64,000 nucleotides of DNA, from NCBI RefSeq assembly GCF_044647545.1, contig NZ_CP172818.1, one strand, 5' to 3'. The notes under the pieces are model-generated. The model saw nothing but the letters and a program-made list of their open reading frames with translations, had not been told where the DNA came from and ran no database searches. The number at the start of each line of letters is the position of its first letter. The stretch's first letter is position 1. This stretch comes from Escherichia coli. Its GTDB lineage: Bacteria; Pseudomonadota; Gammaproteobacteria; Enterobacterales; Enterobacteriaceae. Position numbers and translations under genes: made by a program. This document shows positions 46,914 through 57,957 of the stretch, one piece after another.

Positions 46914-47639
46914 ATGTTGCCAGGATGCTGCAAAAATGGAATTGTTATCAGTAAAATACCTGTTATGCAAGCAGGGTTAAAAGAGGTCATGAGGACTCAC
47001 TTCCCTGAATATGAAATAATATCCAGCGCCTCTGCGGAGGACCTTACCTTATTACAATTACGTCGTTCCGGATTAGTCATTGCTGATTTAGCCGGTGAAA
47101 GTGAAGATCCACGTTCTGTTTGTGAACATTATTATTCTTTAATCTCACAATATCGGGAAATTCACTGGGTTTTCATGGTGTCACGCTCCTGGTATTCCCA
47201 GGCAGTAGAATTGCTCATGTGCCCTACGGCGACGTTATTGTCTGATGTTGAACCCATTGAGAATCTGGTCAAGACCGTACGTTCCGGCAATACGCACGCA
47301 GAGCGTATCAGCGCCATGCTGACCTCTCCGGCAATGACTGAAACTCATGATTTTAGCTATCGCTCCGTCATTCTTACTCTTTCAGAGCGCAAGGTACTGC
47401 GGCTATTAGGTAAAGGATGGGGCATCAACCAGATAGCTTCGTTGCTTAAGAAAAGTAATAAAACTATCAGCGCCCAAAAAAACAGTGCGATGCGTCGACT
47501 GGCAATTCACAGCAACGCTGAAATGTATGCATGGATAAATAGCGCGCAGGGTGCAAGAGAACTTAACTTGCCTTCTGTTTATGGAGATGCCGCAGAATGG
47601 AACACAGCCGAATTAAGAAGAGAAATGTCGCACTCATAG
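46914..47639 (+). CDS. yjjQ: LuxR/FixJ-type transcriptional regulator
   Basis: 241-aa ORF with C-terminal LuxR HTH (..[41 protein letters not shown]..). Confidence 0.85.
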
Positions 47640-48274
47640 AAAAATGCGTCATGAGCAGTATCGGTATTGAGAGTTTATTCAGAAAGTTTGCGGGTAACCC
47701 TTATAAGCTCCATACCTATACCAGTCAGGAGTCATTTCAGGATGCCATGTCGCGGATCTCGTTTGCGGCGGTCATTTTTTCTTTTTCTGCCATGAGAAGT
47801 GAGCGCAGAGAGGGATTATCTTGCCTGACTGAACTGGCGATTAAGTTTCCGCGTACCCGGCGTTTAGTTATTGCGGATGATGATATTGAAGCTCGGCTGA
47901 TTGGTTCATTGTCGCCATCACCGCTGGACGGTGTATTAAGTAAAGCGTCAACGCTGGAGATTTTTCATCAGGAACTCTTTTTGTCATTAAATGGTGTACG
48001 TCAGGCGACCGACCGACTGAACAATCAGTGGTACATTAACCAAAGCCGGACGCTAAGTCCGACGGAGAGAGAAATATTGCGCTTTATGTCGCGTGGCTAC
48101 TCAATGACACAAATTGCCGAGCAGCTTAAACGTAATATCAAAACGATCCGCGCGCATAAATTTAATGTGATGTCGAAACTGGGCGTCAGTTCTGATGCAG
48201 GGTTGTTGGAGGCCGCAGATATTCTGTTATGTATGCGGCATTGTGAAACAAGTAATGTGTTGCATCCCTATTAA
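47597..48274 (+). CDS. bglJ: LuxR/FixJ-type regulator BglJ
   Basis: 225-aa ORF overlapping the yjjQ 3' end by 43 bp; C-terminal HTH (..[44 protein letters not shown]..). Confidence 0.85.
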
Positions 48275-48311
48275 TCCACATGATGCCGGGTTTACTTCCC
48301 CGGCAGTGCTT

Positions 48312-49100
48312 TCATTTCAGCGTACAATCGCCACATTGCTGCACATCCGGTAAGCGATAACGCTGGCAGCAAGTGCGGCGCACCAGCAGGCCGTCGCGTA
48401 GCACCACGGTACGCCAGAGTGGATTATCTTCACCGTTCGTGAGCGTTTTCTCAAAAAAGAGGGCATGGCGCAGCGATTCAACCGTCGCCTCGCCGAGCAG
48501 TTGCTTCATCTCAGTGAGATACCAGTTGATCAAATAACCGGTATTACTCCAGATAAGTTTGCCGTTGATCTCTCCGGTCGCTTCTAGTGCCTGCACAACC
48601 GGAACCAGCGCCTGGCTGATTAACGTTTCCATTCGCTGCTGCGGCGAATGTGGTGTTGCGTTTTTATCTTCACACACATCGACCCAGAAACAGGCGGCAC
48701 GGCCGGTTTCGTGAAACTCAGCATGGAAATGTTCCGGCGACACATCTAATGCTTTTTCCTGCGTCAGTAGCGCCAGCATTAATGGTGGCACCATCAGGCC
48801 GATATACCATTGTGCCCATAGTGAGATCAGCGGTTTGTTCTCGCGGATCATCGTTGGTTGGTTGCGATAGATATGATCGGAATAGACCGCCAGTAGAGAA
48901 CTTAGCGCATTCGGTGATGACCATTGCGCCAGCGTCATGGCGTTAAGCGGAGCGGGTTCATCCAGGCGGATAAACTCCAGCAAATGTTCACGATGTTCGG
49001 CGATCGTCGCACGTACGGCTTGTGCAAGCCCAGCATCCTGCGGCTGGAGATGCGTTCGCCAGATGATATCTTCATAGAGCGGTGCGGAACGATAGGCCAT
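48312..49100 (-). CDS. fhuF: Ferric-siderophore reductase FhuF (2Fe-2S)
   Basis: 262-aa ORF ending in a C-terminal Cys cluster (..TCCQRYRLPDVQQCGDCTLK). Confidence 0.9.
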   Translation of the reverse strand: MAYRSAPLYEDIIWRTHLQPQDAGLAQAVRATIAEHREHLLEFIRLDEPAPLNAMTLAQWSSPNALSSLLAVYSDHIYRNQPTMIRENKPLISLWAQWYIGLMVPPLMLALLTQEKALDVSPEHFHAEFHETGRAACFWVDVCEDKNATPHSPQQRMETLISQALVPVVQALEATGEINGKLIWSNTGYLINWYLTEMKQLLGEATVESLRHALFFEKTLTNGEDNPLWRTVVLRDGLLVRRTCCQRYRLPDVQQCGDCTLK

Positions 49101-49120
49101 AATCGTGATAGTAATCTAAA

Positions 49121-49225
49121 TGATAATGATTGCTAATCATAGCGATAGGTTTACCCGATAGCAAGGGATTTCCCTGGCTTGCAAATGATAAAAATTATCA
49201 TATGATATTGGTTATCATTATCAAT
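49121..49225. promoter_or_regulatory. Fur boxes in the divergent fhuF/yjjZ promoter region
   Basis: tgataatgattgctaatcat (49121-49140) and atgataaaaattatcatatgatattggttatcattatc (49185-49222) resemble GATAATGATAATCATTATC. Confidence 0.7.
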
Positions 49226-49240
49226 GAAAGAGATGAAACC

Positions 49241-49477
49241 ATGTTGCAACGTACGCTGGGCAGTGGCTGGGGAGTGTTGCTGCCAGGATTGCTGATTGCA
49301 GGGCTGATGTATGCGGATTTATCGCCGGATCAGTGGCGGATTGTCATTCTGATGGGATTAGTATTGACGCCGGTGATGCTGTATCACAAACAGTTACGGC
49401 ATTACGTTTTGCTACCATCGTGCCTGGCGCTTATTGCTGGCATCATGCTGATGATAATGAATTTGAATCAGGGATGA
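49241..49477 (+). CDS. yjjZ: Small Fur-regulated inner-membrane protein
   Basis: ORF 49130-49477; start at 49241 (MLQRTLGSGWGVLLPGLLIAG...) gives 78 aa downstream of the Fur boxes. Confidence 0.7.
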   Translation: MLQRTLGSGWGVLLPGLLIAGLMYADLSPDQWRIVILMGLVLTPVMLYHKQLRHYVLLPSCLALIAGIMLMIMNLNQG

Positions 49478-49515
49478 AAAATCAAGGAAGAAACAAGAAA
49501 GGAAGTAAAGATAAT

Positions 49516-49602
49516 TGGTGCGAGGGGGGGGACTTGAACCCCCACGTCCGTAAGGACACTAACACCTGAAGCTAGCGCGTCTACCAATTCCGCCACCTTC
49601 GC
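49516..49602 (-). tRNA. leuV: tRNA-Leu (anticodon CAG)
   Basis: 87-nt complement reads GCGAAGGTGGCGGAATTGGTAGACGCGCTAGCTTCAGGTG...CACCA. Confidence 0.9.
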
Positions 49603-49636
49603 ACAGTCATCTTACTTTTTTTGATATCGCCTCGTT

Positions 49637-49723
49637 TGGTGCGAGGGGGGGGACTTGAACCCCCACGTCCGTAAGAACACTAACACCTGAAGCTAGCGCG
49701 TCTACCAATTCCGCCACCTTCGC
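49637..49723 (-). tRNA. leuP: tRNA-Leu (anticodon CAG), one-base variant in the variable arm
   Basis: Same 87-nt tRNA as leuV except gtaagaacac for gtaaggacac; 34-bp spacer from leuV. Confidence 0.9.
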
Positions 49724-49751
49724 CCAGTGCGAGCAATATCAACGTGGTTTT

Positions 49752-49838
49752 TGGTGCGAGGGGGGGGACTTGAACCCCCACGTCCGTAAGGACACTAACA
49801 CCTGAAGCTAGCGCGTCTACCAATTCCGCCACCTTCGC
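49752..49838 (-). tRNA. leuQ: tRNA-Leu (anticodon CAG)
   Basis: Third 87-nt copy; 28-bp spacer from leuP; copy names assigned by K-12 map order. Confidence 0.9.
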
Positions 49839-49993
49839 ATACCATCAATTCTTAAAAAGAATTGCTACCACGGAGGCGCATTCTAGTGGTTTTCAGCTTT
49901 TCGTCAATAGTTAATTATCGCCGGAGGTGTAATTGCTGGAAAAATGTCCATCAGGAAACTAGCGTGCAGGTTTGGTAGGCATGCGGGGGCAGA

Positions 49994-50087
<94 letters not shown>

Positions 50088-50105
50088 CGGTATTCGGCGA
50101 GATAA

Positions 50106-51137
50106 TTAACCTTTCTTCGCCTGGCGGGTCATAATGGCGCGATACACCTTGAAACGCCCGGTTTGCGCAATCACTTCATGGAAGCCAAATGTCTCATCCA
50201 GCACGTCCGGGTAAGGCAGGAAGGCGTTCGCTACAATTCGCAGCTCGCCGCCGCTATTAAGATGACGCACCGCGCCGCGAATCAGCGTTTGCGCCGCATC
50301 CAGGCTGGTTTGCATCCCATCGTGGAACGGCGGGTTGGAGATGATCATATCAAAACGACCTTTCACCTCGGAAAAGACGTTGCTGGCAAAGACTTCACCT
50401 TCAACACCGTTGGCCGCAAGTGTTGCGCGGCTGGCTTCTACCGCTGGCGCAGAGACATCGCACAAGGTGAGACGAATTTTCGGCGAATGGCGCGCAAAGG
50501 CAACTGAAAGCACACCCGCGCCACAGCCGACATCCAGCACTTTACCTTTCGTGTGCGGGGTTAACGTCGAGAGCAGCAACTGGCTACCGACATCCAGACC
50601 GTCGCGGCTAAACACGCCAGGCAGCGTTTTGACCGTCAGGCCATCGACGCTGTATTCGCCCCAGAATTTATCGGCATCAAATACCGGCTGTTTTTCCAGA
50701 CGACCAAAATAGAGGCCACAGCGACGAGCGCTGTCGACTTTATTCAACGGCGCATAATCTGCCAGCATCTGCTCGGCGCTGCGCACGCCGCTGCGGTTCT
50801 CGCCAACGACAAAAATATCTGTCCCCACTGGCAGCAGAGAAAGTAAATTCATCAACTGGAACTGGGCTTCCGGTTTGTTCTTCGGCCAGTAGTAAATCAG
50901 CGTATCGCAATCTGCGACGTCATCCACCGTGGCGACCAGACTGAAACGGGCGTTATCCCCCATCTGGCGGCTTAATACCTGCCAGTGGTGGAATTGCTGG
51001 GTATGAGCACGGCTGGCCGCGGTATCTAAACGCGCGGGCAGGTCATCCTGTAAGTCTCCGGCAAACAGAATACGGCTTTGTTCGAAATCATCACTGTGAC
51101 GCAGCAAGACTTCACTTGCCGGGGTAAATGCAGACAT
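50106..51137 (-). CDS. rsmC: 16S rRNA m2G1207 methyltransferase
   Basis: 343-aa ORF with SAM-binding motif [11 protein letters not shown]. Confidence 0.9.
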   Translation of the reverse strand: MSAFTPASEVLLRHSDDFEQSRILFAGDLQDDLPARLDTAASRAHTQQFHHWQVLSRQMGDNARFSLVATVDDVADCDTLIYYWPKNKPEAQFQLMNLLSLLPVGTDIFVVGENRSGVRSAEQMLADYAPLNKVDSARRCGLYFGRLEKQPVFDADKFWGEYSVDGLTVKTLPGVFSRDGLDVGSQLLLSTLTPHTKGKVLDVGCGAGVLSVAFARHSPKIRLTLCDVSAPAVEASRATLAANGVEGEVFASNVFSEVKGRFDMIISNPPFHDGMQTSLDAAQTLIRGAVRHLNSGGELRIVANAFLPYPDVLDETFGFHEVIAQTGRFKVYRAIMTRQAKKG

Positions 51138-51239
51138 GGAATGCTCCTCAATTGATACTGGCGGCGATTATAGCCATATGTTGGCGCGGTATCGACGAAT
51201 TTGCTATATTTGCGCCCCTGACAACAGGAGCGATTCGCT

Positions 51240-51653
51240 ATGACATCCCGACGAGACTGGCAGTTACAGCAACTGGGCATTACCCAGTGGTCGCTGCGTC
51301 GCCCTGGCGCGTTGCAGGGGGAGATTGCCATTGCGATCCCGGCACACGTCCGTCTGGTGATGGTGGCAAACGATCTTCCCGCCCTGACCGATCCTTTAGT
51401 GAGCGATGTTCTGCGCGCATTAACCGTCAGCCCCGATCAAGTGCTGCAACTGACGCCAGAAAAAATCGCGATGCTGCCGCAAGGCAGTCGCTGCAACAGC
51501 TGGCGGTTGGGTACTGACGAACCGCTATCACTGGAAGGCGCTCAGGTGGCATCACCGGCGCTCACCGAATTACGGGCAAACCCAACGGCACGCGCCGCGT
51601 TATGGCAACAGATTTGCACATATGAACACGATTTCTTCCCTCGAAACGACTGA
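51240..51653 (+). CDS. holD: DNA polymerase III psi subunit
   Basis: 137-aa ORF MTSRRDWQLQQLGITQWSLRRPGALQGEIA... Confidence 0.9.
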   Translation: MTSRRDWQLQQLGITQWSLRRPGALQGEIAIAIPAHVRLVMVANDLPALTDPLVSDVLRALTVSPDQVLQLTPEKIAMLPQGSRCNSWRLGTDEPLSLEGAQVASPALTELRANPTARAALWQQICTYEHDFFPRND

Positions 51654-52068
51654 TTTACCAGCGGCTTACCACATTGAACAACGCGCCCACGCCTTTCCGT
51701 GGAGTGAAAAAACCTTTGCCAGCAACCAGGGCGAGCGTTATCTCAACTTTCAGTTAACGCAAAACGGCAAAATGGCGGCGTTTGCGATTACGCAAGTGGT
51801 GCTGGATGAAGCTACATTGTTCAATATTGCGGTCGATCCTGACTATCAGCGTCAGGGATTGGGAAGGGTGCTGCTGGAACATCTGATCGACGAACTGGAA
51901 AAACGCGGCGTGGCGACGCTCTGGCTGGAAGTCCGTGCCTCAAATGCTGCCGCCATTGCCCTGTACGAAAGTTTAGGCTTTAACGAGGCGACGATTCGCC
52001 GCAATTACTACCCCACCACGGACGGTCGCGAAGACGCCATCATCATGGCGTTGCCAATCAGTATGTAA
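51622..52068 (+). CDS. rimI: Ribosomal protein S18 alanine N-acetyltransferase
   Basis: 148-aa GNAT ORF overlapping the holD 3' end. Confidence 0.9.
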   Translation: MNTISSLETTDLPAAYHIEQRAHAFPWSEKTFASNQGERYLNFQLTQNGKMAAFAITQVVLDEATLFNIAVDPDYQRQGLGRVLLEHLIDELEKRGVATLWLEVRASNAAAIALYESLGFNEATIRRNYYPTTDGREDAIIMALPISM

Positions 52069-52082
52069 GACAAGGTGGAATA

Positions 52083-52760
52083 ATGAAGTGGGACTGGATT
52101 TTCTTTGATGCCGATGAAACGCTGTTTACCTTTGACTCATTCACCGGCCTGCAGCGGATGTTTCTTGATTACAGCGTCACCTTTACCGCTGAAGATTTTC
52201 AGGACTATCAGGCCGTTAACAAGCCACTGTGGGTGGATTATCAAAACGGCGCGATCACTTCATTACAGCTTCAGCACGGGCGTTTCGAGAGCTGGGCCGA
52301 ACGGCTGAAAGTTGAAGCAGGCTTGCTTAACGATGCCTTTATTAATGCGATGGCGGAAATCTGCACGCCGCTGCCGGGCGCGGTTTCTCTGCTTAACGCC
52401 ATTCGTGGCAACGCCAAAATCGGCATCATCACCAACGGCTTTAGCGCCTTGCAGCAAGTGCGTCTGGAACGCACGGGCCTGCGTGATTACTTCGATTTGC
52501 TGGTGATTTCCGAAGAAGTTGGCGTTGCTAAACCGAATAAGAAAATTTTCGATTATGCGCTGGAACAGGCGGGCAATCCTGACCGTTCACGCGTGCTGAT
52601 GGTTGGCGACACTGCCGAGTCCGATATTCTCGGTGGCATCAACGCCGGGCTTGCGACCTGCTGGCTGAATGCGCACAATCGCGAGCAACCAGAAGGCATC
52701 GCGCCCACCTTGACCGTTTCTTCGTTGCACGAACTGGAGCAGCTCCTGTGTAAACACTGA
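52083..52760 (+). CDS. yjjG: HAD-family pyrimidine 5'-nucleotidase
   Basis: 225-aa ORF with HAD motif I ([11 protein letters not shown]). Confidence 0.9.
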   Translation: MKWDWIFFDADETLFTFDSFTGLQRMFLDYSVTFTAEDFQDYQAVNKPLWVDYQNGAITSLQLQHGRFESWAERLKVEAGLLNDAFINAMAEICTPLPGAVSLLNAIRGNAKIGIITNGFSALQQVRLERTGLRDYFDLLVISEEVGVAKPNKKIFDYALEQAGNPDRSRVLMVGDTAESDILGGINAGLATCWLNAHNREQPEGIAPTLTVSSLHELEQLLCKH

Positions 52761-52850
52761 TTGCCTCCCCCCCGTTGATGGGTAAAATAGCCGCAATTTT
52801 TCGTTTTCAACAAGCGCGGCGCGATGCCGCTTACTCAAGAAGAAAGAATT

Positions 52851-54440
52851 ATGACGTTGTCTCCTTATTTGCAAGAGGTGGCTAAGCGCCGCACTTTTGC
52901 CATTATTTCTCACCCGGACGCCGGTAAGACTACCATCACCGAGAAGGTGCTGCTGTTCGGACAGGCCATTCAGACCGCCGGTACAGTAAAAGGCCGTGGT
53001 TCCAACCAGCACGCTAAGTCGGACTGGATGGAGATGGAAAAGCAGCGTGGGATCTCCATTACTACGTCTGTGATGCAGTTTCCGTATCACGATTGCCTGG
53101 TTAACCTGCTAGACACCCCGGGGCACGAAGACTTCTCGGAAGATACCTATCGTACCCTGACGGCGGTGGACTGCTGCCTGATGGTTATCGACGCCGCAAA
53201 AGGTGTTGAAGATCGTACCCGTAAGCTGATGGAAGTTACCCGTCTGCGCGACACGCCGATCCTCACCTTTATGAACAAACTTGACCGTGATATCCGCGAC
53301 CCGATGGAACTGCTCGATGAAGTTGAGAACGAGCTGAAAATCGGCTGCGCACCGATCACCTGGCCGATTGGCTGCGGCAAGCTGTTTAAAGGCGTTTACC
53401 ACCTTTATAAAGACGAAACCTATCTCTATCAGAGCGGTAAAGGTCACACCATTCAGGAAGTCCGCATTGTTAAAGGGCTGAATAACCCGGATCTCGATGC
53501 TGCGGTTGGTGAAGATCTGGCGCAGCAGCTGCGTGACGAACTGGAACTGGTGAAAGGCGCGTCTAACGAGTTCGACAAAGAATTGTTCCTTGCGGGCGAA
53601 ATCACTCCGGTATTCTTCGGTACTGCGCTGGGTAACTTCGGTGTCGATCATATGCTGGATGGCCTGGTGGAGTGGGCTCCTGCGCCGATGCCGCGTCAGA
53701 CTGATACCCGTACCGTAGAAGCGAGCGAAGACAAATTTACCGGCTTCGTATTTAAAATTCAGGCCAACATGGACCCGAAACACCGCGACCGCGTGGCGTT
53801 TATGCGCGTGGTATCCGGTAAATATGAAAAAGGCATGAAGCTGCGCCAGGTGCGCACCGCGAAAGACGTGGTGATCTCTGACGCGCTGACCTTTATGGCG
53901 GGTGACCGTTCGCACGTTGAAGAAGCGTATCCTGGCGATATCCTCGGCCTGCACAACCACGGCACCATTCAGATCGGCGACACCTTTACCCAGGGTGAGA
54001 TGATGAAGTTCACCGGTATTCCGAACTTCGCACCAGAACTGTTCCGTCGTATCCGCCTGAAAGATCCGCTGAAGCAAAAACAGCTGCTCAAAGGGCTGGT
54101 ACAGCTTTCCGAAGAGGGCGCGGTGCAGGTGTTCCGTCCGATCTCCAACAACGATCTGATCGTTGGTGCAGTTGGTGTGCTGCAGTTTGATGTAGTGGTA
54201 TCGCGCCTGAAGAGCGAATACAACGTTGAAGCAGTATATGAATCAGTCAACGTTGCCACCGCCCGCTGGGTAGAATGTGCAGACGCGAAGAAATTCGAAG
54301 AGTTCAAGCGTAAGAACGAAAGCCAACTGGCGCTTGATGGCGGCGATAACCTCGCTTACATCGCTACCAGCATGGTCAACCTGCGCCTGGCGCAGGAACG
54401 TTATCCGGACGTTCAGTTCCACCAGACCCGCGAGCATTAA
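52851..54440 (+). CDS. prfC: Peptide chain release factor 3 (GTPase)
   Basis: ORF 52824-54440; ATG at 52851 gives [31 protein letters not shown]... (529 aa). Confidence 0.95.
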
Positions 54441-54832
54441 TTCTTGCCTCCAGGGCGCGGTAGCCGCTGCGCCCTGTCAATTTCCCTTCCTTATTAGCCG
54501 CTTACGGAATGTTCTTAAAACATTCACTTTTGCTTATGTTTTCGCTGATATCCCGAGCGGTTTCAAAATTGTGATCTATATTTAACAAAGTAATGACATT
54601 TCTGACGGCGTTAAATACCGTTCAATGCGTAGATATCAGTATCTAAAGCCGTCGATTGTCATTCTACCGATATTAATAACTGATTCAGAGGCTGTAATGG
54701 TCGTTATTCATCACCCATCGCTTTTGTGATGGCGACCATTGACTTCTGTAGAGGGTGAAGTCTCTCCCTATTCAGCAATGCAACCTCGTGTTGCCAGGCT
54801 CAAATTACGAGCAAACATACAGGAATAAATCG

Positions 54833-55438
54833 ATGACTATGACAAGACTGAAGATTTCGAAAACTCTGCTGGCTGTAATGTTGACCTCTGCCGTCGCGAC
54901 CGGCTCTGCCTACGCGGAAAACAACGCACAGACTACCAATGAAAGCGCAGGGCAAAAAGTCGATAGCTCTATGAATAAAGTCGGTAATTTCATGGATGAC
55001 AGCGCCATCACCGCGAAAGTGAAGGCGGCGCTGGTGGATCATGACAACATCAAGAGCACCGATATCTCTGTCAAAACCGATCAAAAAGTCGTGACCCTGA
55101 GCGGTTTCGTTGAAAGCCAGGCTCAGGCCGAAGAGGCAGTGAAAGTGGCGAAAGGCGTTGAAGGGGTGACCTCTGTCAGCGACAAACTGCACGTTCGCGA
55201 CGCTAAAGAAGGCTCTGTGAAGGGCTACGCGGGTGACACCGCCACCACCAGTGAAATCAAAGCCAAACTGCTGGCGGACGATATCGTCCCTTCCCGTCAT
55301 GTGAAAGTTGAAACCACCGACGGCGTGGTTCAGCTCTCCGGTACCGTCGATTCCCAGGCACAGAGCGACCGTGCTGAAAGTATCGCCAAAGCGGTAGATG
55401 GTGTGAAAAGCGTTAAAAATGATCTGAAAACTAAGTAA
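54833..55438 (+). CDS. osmY: Osmotically inducible periplasmic protein (two BON domains)
   Basis: ORF 54755-55438; ATG at 54833 gives [28 protein letters not shown]... (201 aa). Confidence 0.9.
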
Positions 55439-55566
55439 TTCGTCGTAATTCGTCCTCCCGAACTTTGTCGGGAGGCGCGATGTGCACCACACTAAAAATA
55501 TCGCATTGAGTGATTTTCACGCTCATATCAAGCGGTGACATTAACTATGGTAAAGGAGACGCTTAT

Positions 55567-55728
55567 ATGTTTCGTTGGGGCATCATATTTCTGGTTATCG
55601 CGTTAATCGCCGCCGCACTTGGGTTTGGTGGTCTGGCCGGTACTGCTGCAGGCGCAGCTAAAATTGTCTTTGTCGTCGGGATTATTCTGTTCCTGGTGAG
55701 TTTGTTCATGGGCCGAAAACGACCCTAG
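55567..55728 (+). CDS. ytjA: Small membrane protein (DUF1328)
   Basis: ATG at 55567 gives [53 protein letters not shown]; RBS AAAGGAG. Confidence 0.75.
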
Positions 55729-55848
55729 ATTTCAGACCATTAAGAAAATTTTATCCAAAGCCAGTCCAGCGGACTGGCTTTTGCGGTTTTAGCGAATAAT
55801 AAATTGCGTTACTTTGTCATTCTTTCACAACAAAACAGGAAGGCAGAG

Positions 55849-56922
55849 GTGGGGCAGCGAATACCTGTAACGCTTGGTAATATTGCGCCGTTGTCGCTAA
55901 GGCCGTTCCAGCCTGGACGAATAGCTCTGGTGTGCGAAGGCGGCGGGCAGCGTGGAATTTTCACAGCTGGCGTGCTGGATGAGTTTATGCGCGCGCAGTT
56001 TAATCCTTTCGATCTTTATCTCGGCACATCTGCCGGGGCGCAGAACCTCTCGGCGTATATCTGCAATCAGCCCGGTTACGCGCGCAAAGTCATCATGCGC
56101 TATACCACAAAACGCGAATTTTTCGATCCATTGCGCTTTGTCCGTGGAGGAAATCTTATCGATCTCGACTGGCTGGTGGAGGCCACCGCAAGCCAGATGC
56201 CGTTGCAAATGGACACCGCAGCGCGGCTATTTGACAGCGGCAAATCGTTTTATATGTGCGCCTGTCGTCAGGATGACTACGCGCCGAATTACTTTTTACC
56301 AACCAAACAAAACTGGCTGGATGTGATTCGCGCCTCCAGTGCAATACCTGGCTTTTATCGTAGCGGAGTGTCGCTGGAAGGCATTAATTACCTGGATGGC
56401 GGGATCAGTGATGCGATCCCGGTTAAAGAGGCGGCAAGGCAGGGCGCAAAAACGTTGGTCGTTATCCGCACTGTGCCGTCACAAATGTACTATACGCCGC
56501 AGTGGTTCAAACGCATGGAACGCTGGCTGGGTGACAGTAGCCTGCAGCCGCTGGTCAATCTGGTGCAGCATCATGAAACCAGCTATCGTGAGATTCAGCA
56601 ATTTATTGAGAAACCACCGGGCCAGTTGAGGATATTCGAAATTTATCCGCCGAAGCCATTACATAGTATCGCGCTCGGCAGTCGGATTCCGGCGCTGCGT
56701 GAAGACTATAAACTTGGGCGTTTATGCGGGCGTTATTTTCTGGCAACGGTCGGTAAGTTATTGACTGAAAAAGCGCCGCTGAGCCGCCATCTGGTGCCGG
56801 TGGTGACGCCGGAGTCGATCGTTATTCCGCCTGCACCCGTCGCCAACGATACGCTGGTTACCGAGGTGATAGACGCTCCACAGGCGAACGACCCGACATT
56901 TAACAATGAGGATTTGGCTTGA
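55849..56922 (+). CDS. yjjU: Patatin-like phospholipase
   Basis: ORF 55804-56922; GTG at 55849 with RBS AGGAAGG gives 357 aa; GxSxG motif GTSAG and N-terminal GGGQRG. Confidence 0.8.
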   Translation: MGQRIPVTLGNIAPLSLRPFQPGRIALVCEGGGQRGIFTAGVLDEFMRAQFNPFDLYLGTSAGAQNLSAYICNQPGYARKVIMRYTTKREFFDPLRFVRGGNLIDLDWLVEATASQMPLQMDTAARLFDSGKSFYMCACRQDDYAPNYFLPTKQNWLDVIRASSAIPGFYRSGVSLEGINYLDGGISDAIPVKEAARQGAKTLVVIRTVPSQMYYTPQWFKRMERWLGDSSLQPLVNLVQHHETSYREIQQFIEKPPGQLRIFEIYPPKPLHSIALGSRIPALREDYKLGRLCGRYFLATVGKLLTEKAPLSRHLVPVVTPESIVIPPAPVANDTLVTEVIDAPQANDPTFNNEDLA

Positions 56923-57803
56923 TTTGCCGTTTTATCGACACCCACTGCCATTTTGATTTCCCGCCGTTTAGTGGCGATGAAGAGGCCAGCCTGCAACGCG
57001 CGGCACAAGCGGGCGTAGGCAAGATCATTGTTCCGGCCACCGAGGCGGCAAATTTTGCCCGCGTGCAGGCGTTAGCGGAAAATTATCAACCGCTGTATGC
57101 CGCTTTAGGGTTGCATCCGGGGATGTTGGAAAAACATAGCGATGTGTCTCTTGATCAGTTACAGCAGGCGTTGGGAAGACGTCCGACGAAGGTGGTGGCG
57201 GTGGGGGAGATCGGCCTGGATCTCTTTGGTGACGATCCGCAATTTGAGAGGCAGCAGTGGTTGCTTGATGAACAACTGAAACTGGCGAAACGCTACGATC
57301 TGCCGGTGATCCTTCATTCACGGCGCACGCACGACAAACTGGCGATGCATCTTAAACGCCAAAATTTGCCACGCACTGGTGTGGTTCATGGTTTTTCTGG
57401 CAGCCTGCAACAGGCCGAACGGTTTGTGCAGCTGGGCTACAAAATTGGCGTAGGCGGTACTATCACCTATCCACGCGCCAGTAAAACCCGCGATGTCATC
57501 GCAAAGCTGCCGCTGGCATCGATGTTGCTGGAGACCGACGCACCAGATATGCCGCTCAATGGTTTTCAGGGGCAGCCTAATCGCCCTGAACAGGCCGCCC
57601 GTGTGTTTGCCGTGCTGTGCGAGTTACGCCCGGAACCCGCGGATGAGATTGCCGAAGTGTTGCTTAATAACACGTATGCGGTGTTTAACGTTCGTGGAGC
57701 CGAGCCGAAGCGCACGCACGCAGCACAACGAGCCCCTAGTCTGCCCTTCGTAAGCCGGATAAGGCGTTCACACCGCATCCGGCAGTCGACGCACAATGCC
57801 TGA
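56919..57803 (+). CDS. yjjV: TatD-family metal-dependent hydrolase/DNase with an apparent C-terminal extension into REP repeats
   Basis: TTG start overlapping the yjjU stop; MICRFIDTHCHFDFPPF...; TatD-like body ends near 57692, but the frame stays open to TGA at 57801-57803. Confidence 0.7.
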   Translation: MICRFIDTHCHFDFPPFSGDEEASLQRAAQAGVGKIIVPATEAANFARVQALAENYQPLYAALGLHPGMLEKHSDVSLDQLQQALGRRPTKVVAVGEIGLDLFGDDPQFERQQWLLDEQLKLAKRYDLPVILHSRRTHDKLAMHLKRQNLPRTGVVHGFSGSLQQAERFVQLGYKIGVGGTITYPRASKTRDVIAKLPLASMLLETDAPDMPLNGFQGQPNRPEQAARVFAVLCELRPEPADEIAEVLLNNTYAVFNVRGAEPKRTHAAQRAPSLPFVSRIRRSHRIRQSTHNA

Positions 57804-57953
57804 TGCGACGCTGACGCGTCTTATCATGCCTACAAGTCTGTGCCGAACCGTAGGCCGGATAAGGCGTTCACGCCGCATCCGGCAGTTGGCGCACAATGCC
57901 TGATGCGACGCTGACGCGTCTTATCATGCCTACAGGTCTGTGCCGAACCGTAG
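57754..57953. repeat. Tandem duplication (2 x 100 bp) of a REP-containing BIME unit
   Basis: Two near-identical 100-bp units starting at 57754 and 57854. Confidence 0.8.
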
Positions 57954-57957
57954 GCTG

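Noticed and set aside
49521-49531. G8 homopolymers inside the three tRNA-Leu genes, which might be mistaken for the same poly-G artefact
   Set aside because: They are the complement of the native CCCCCCCC in the tRNA-Leu(CAG) T-arm/acceptor region and recur identically in all three copies.
53109-54077. 322-aa minus-strand ORF antisense to prfC
   Set aside because: Internal to prfC, a highly conserved GTPase; the antisense translation has no start context and a skewed composition.
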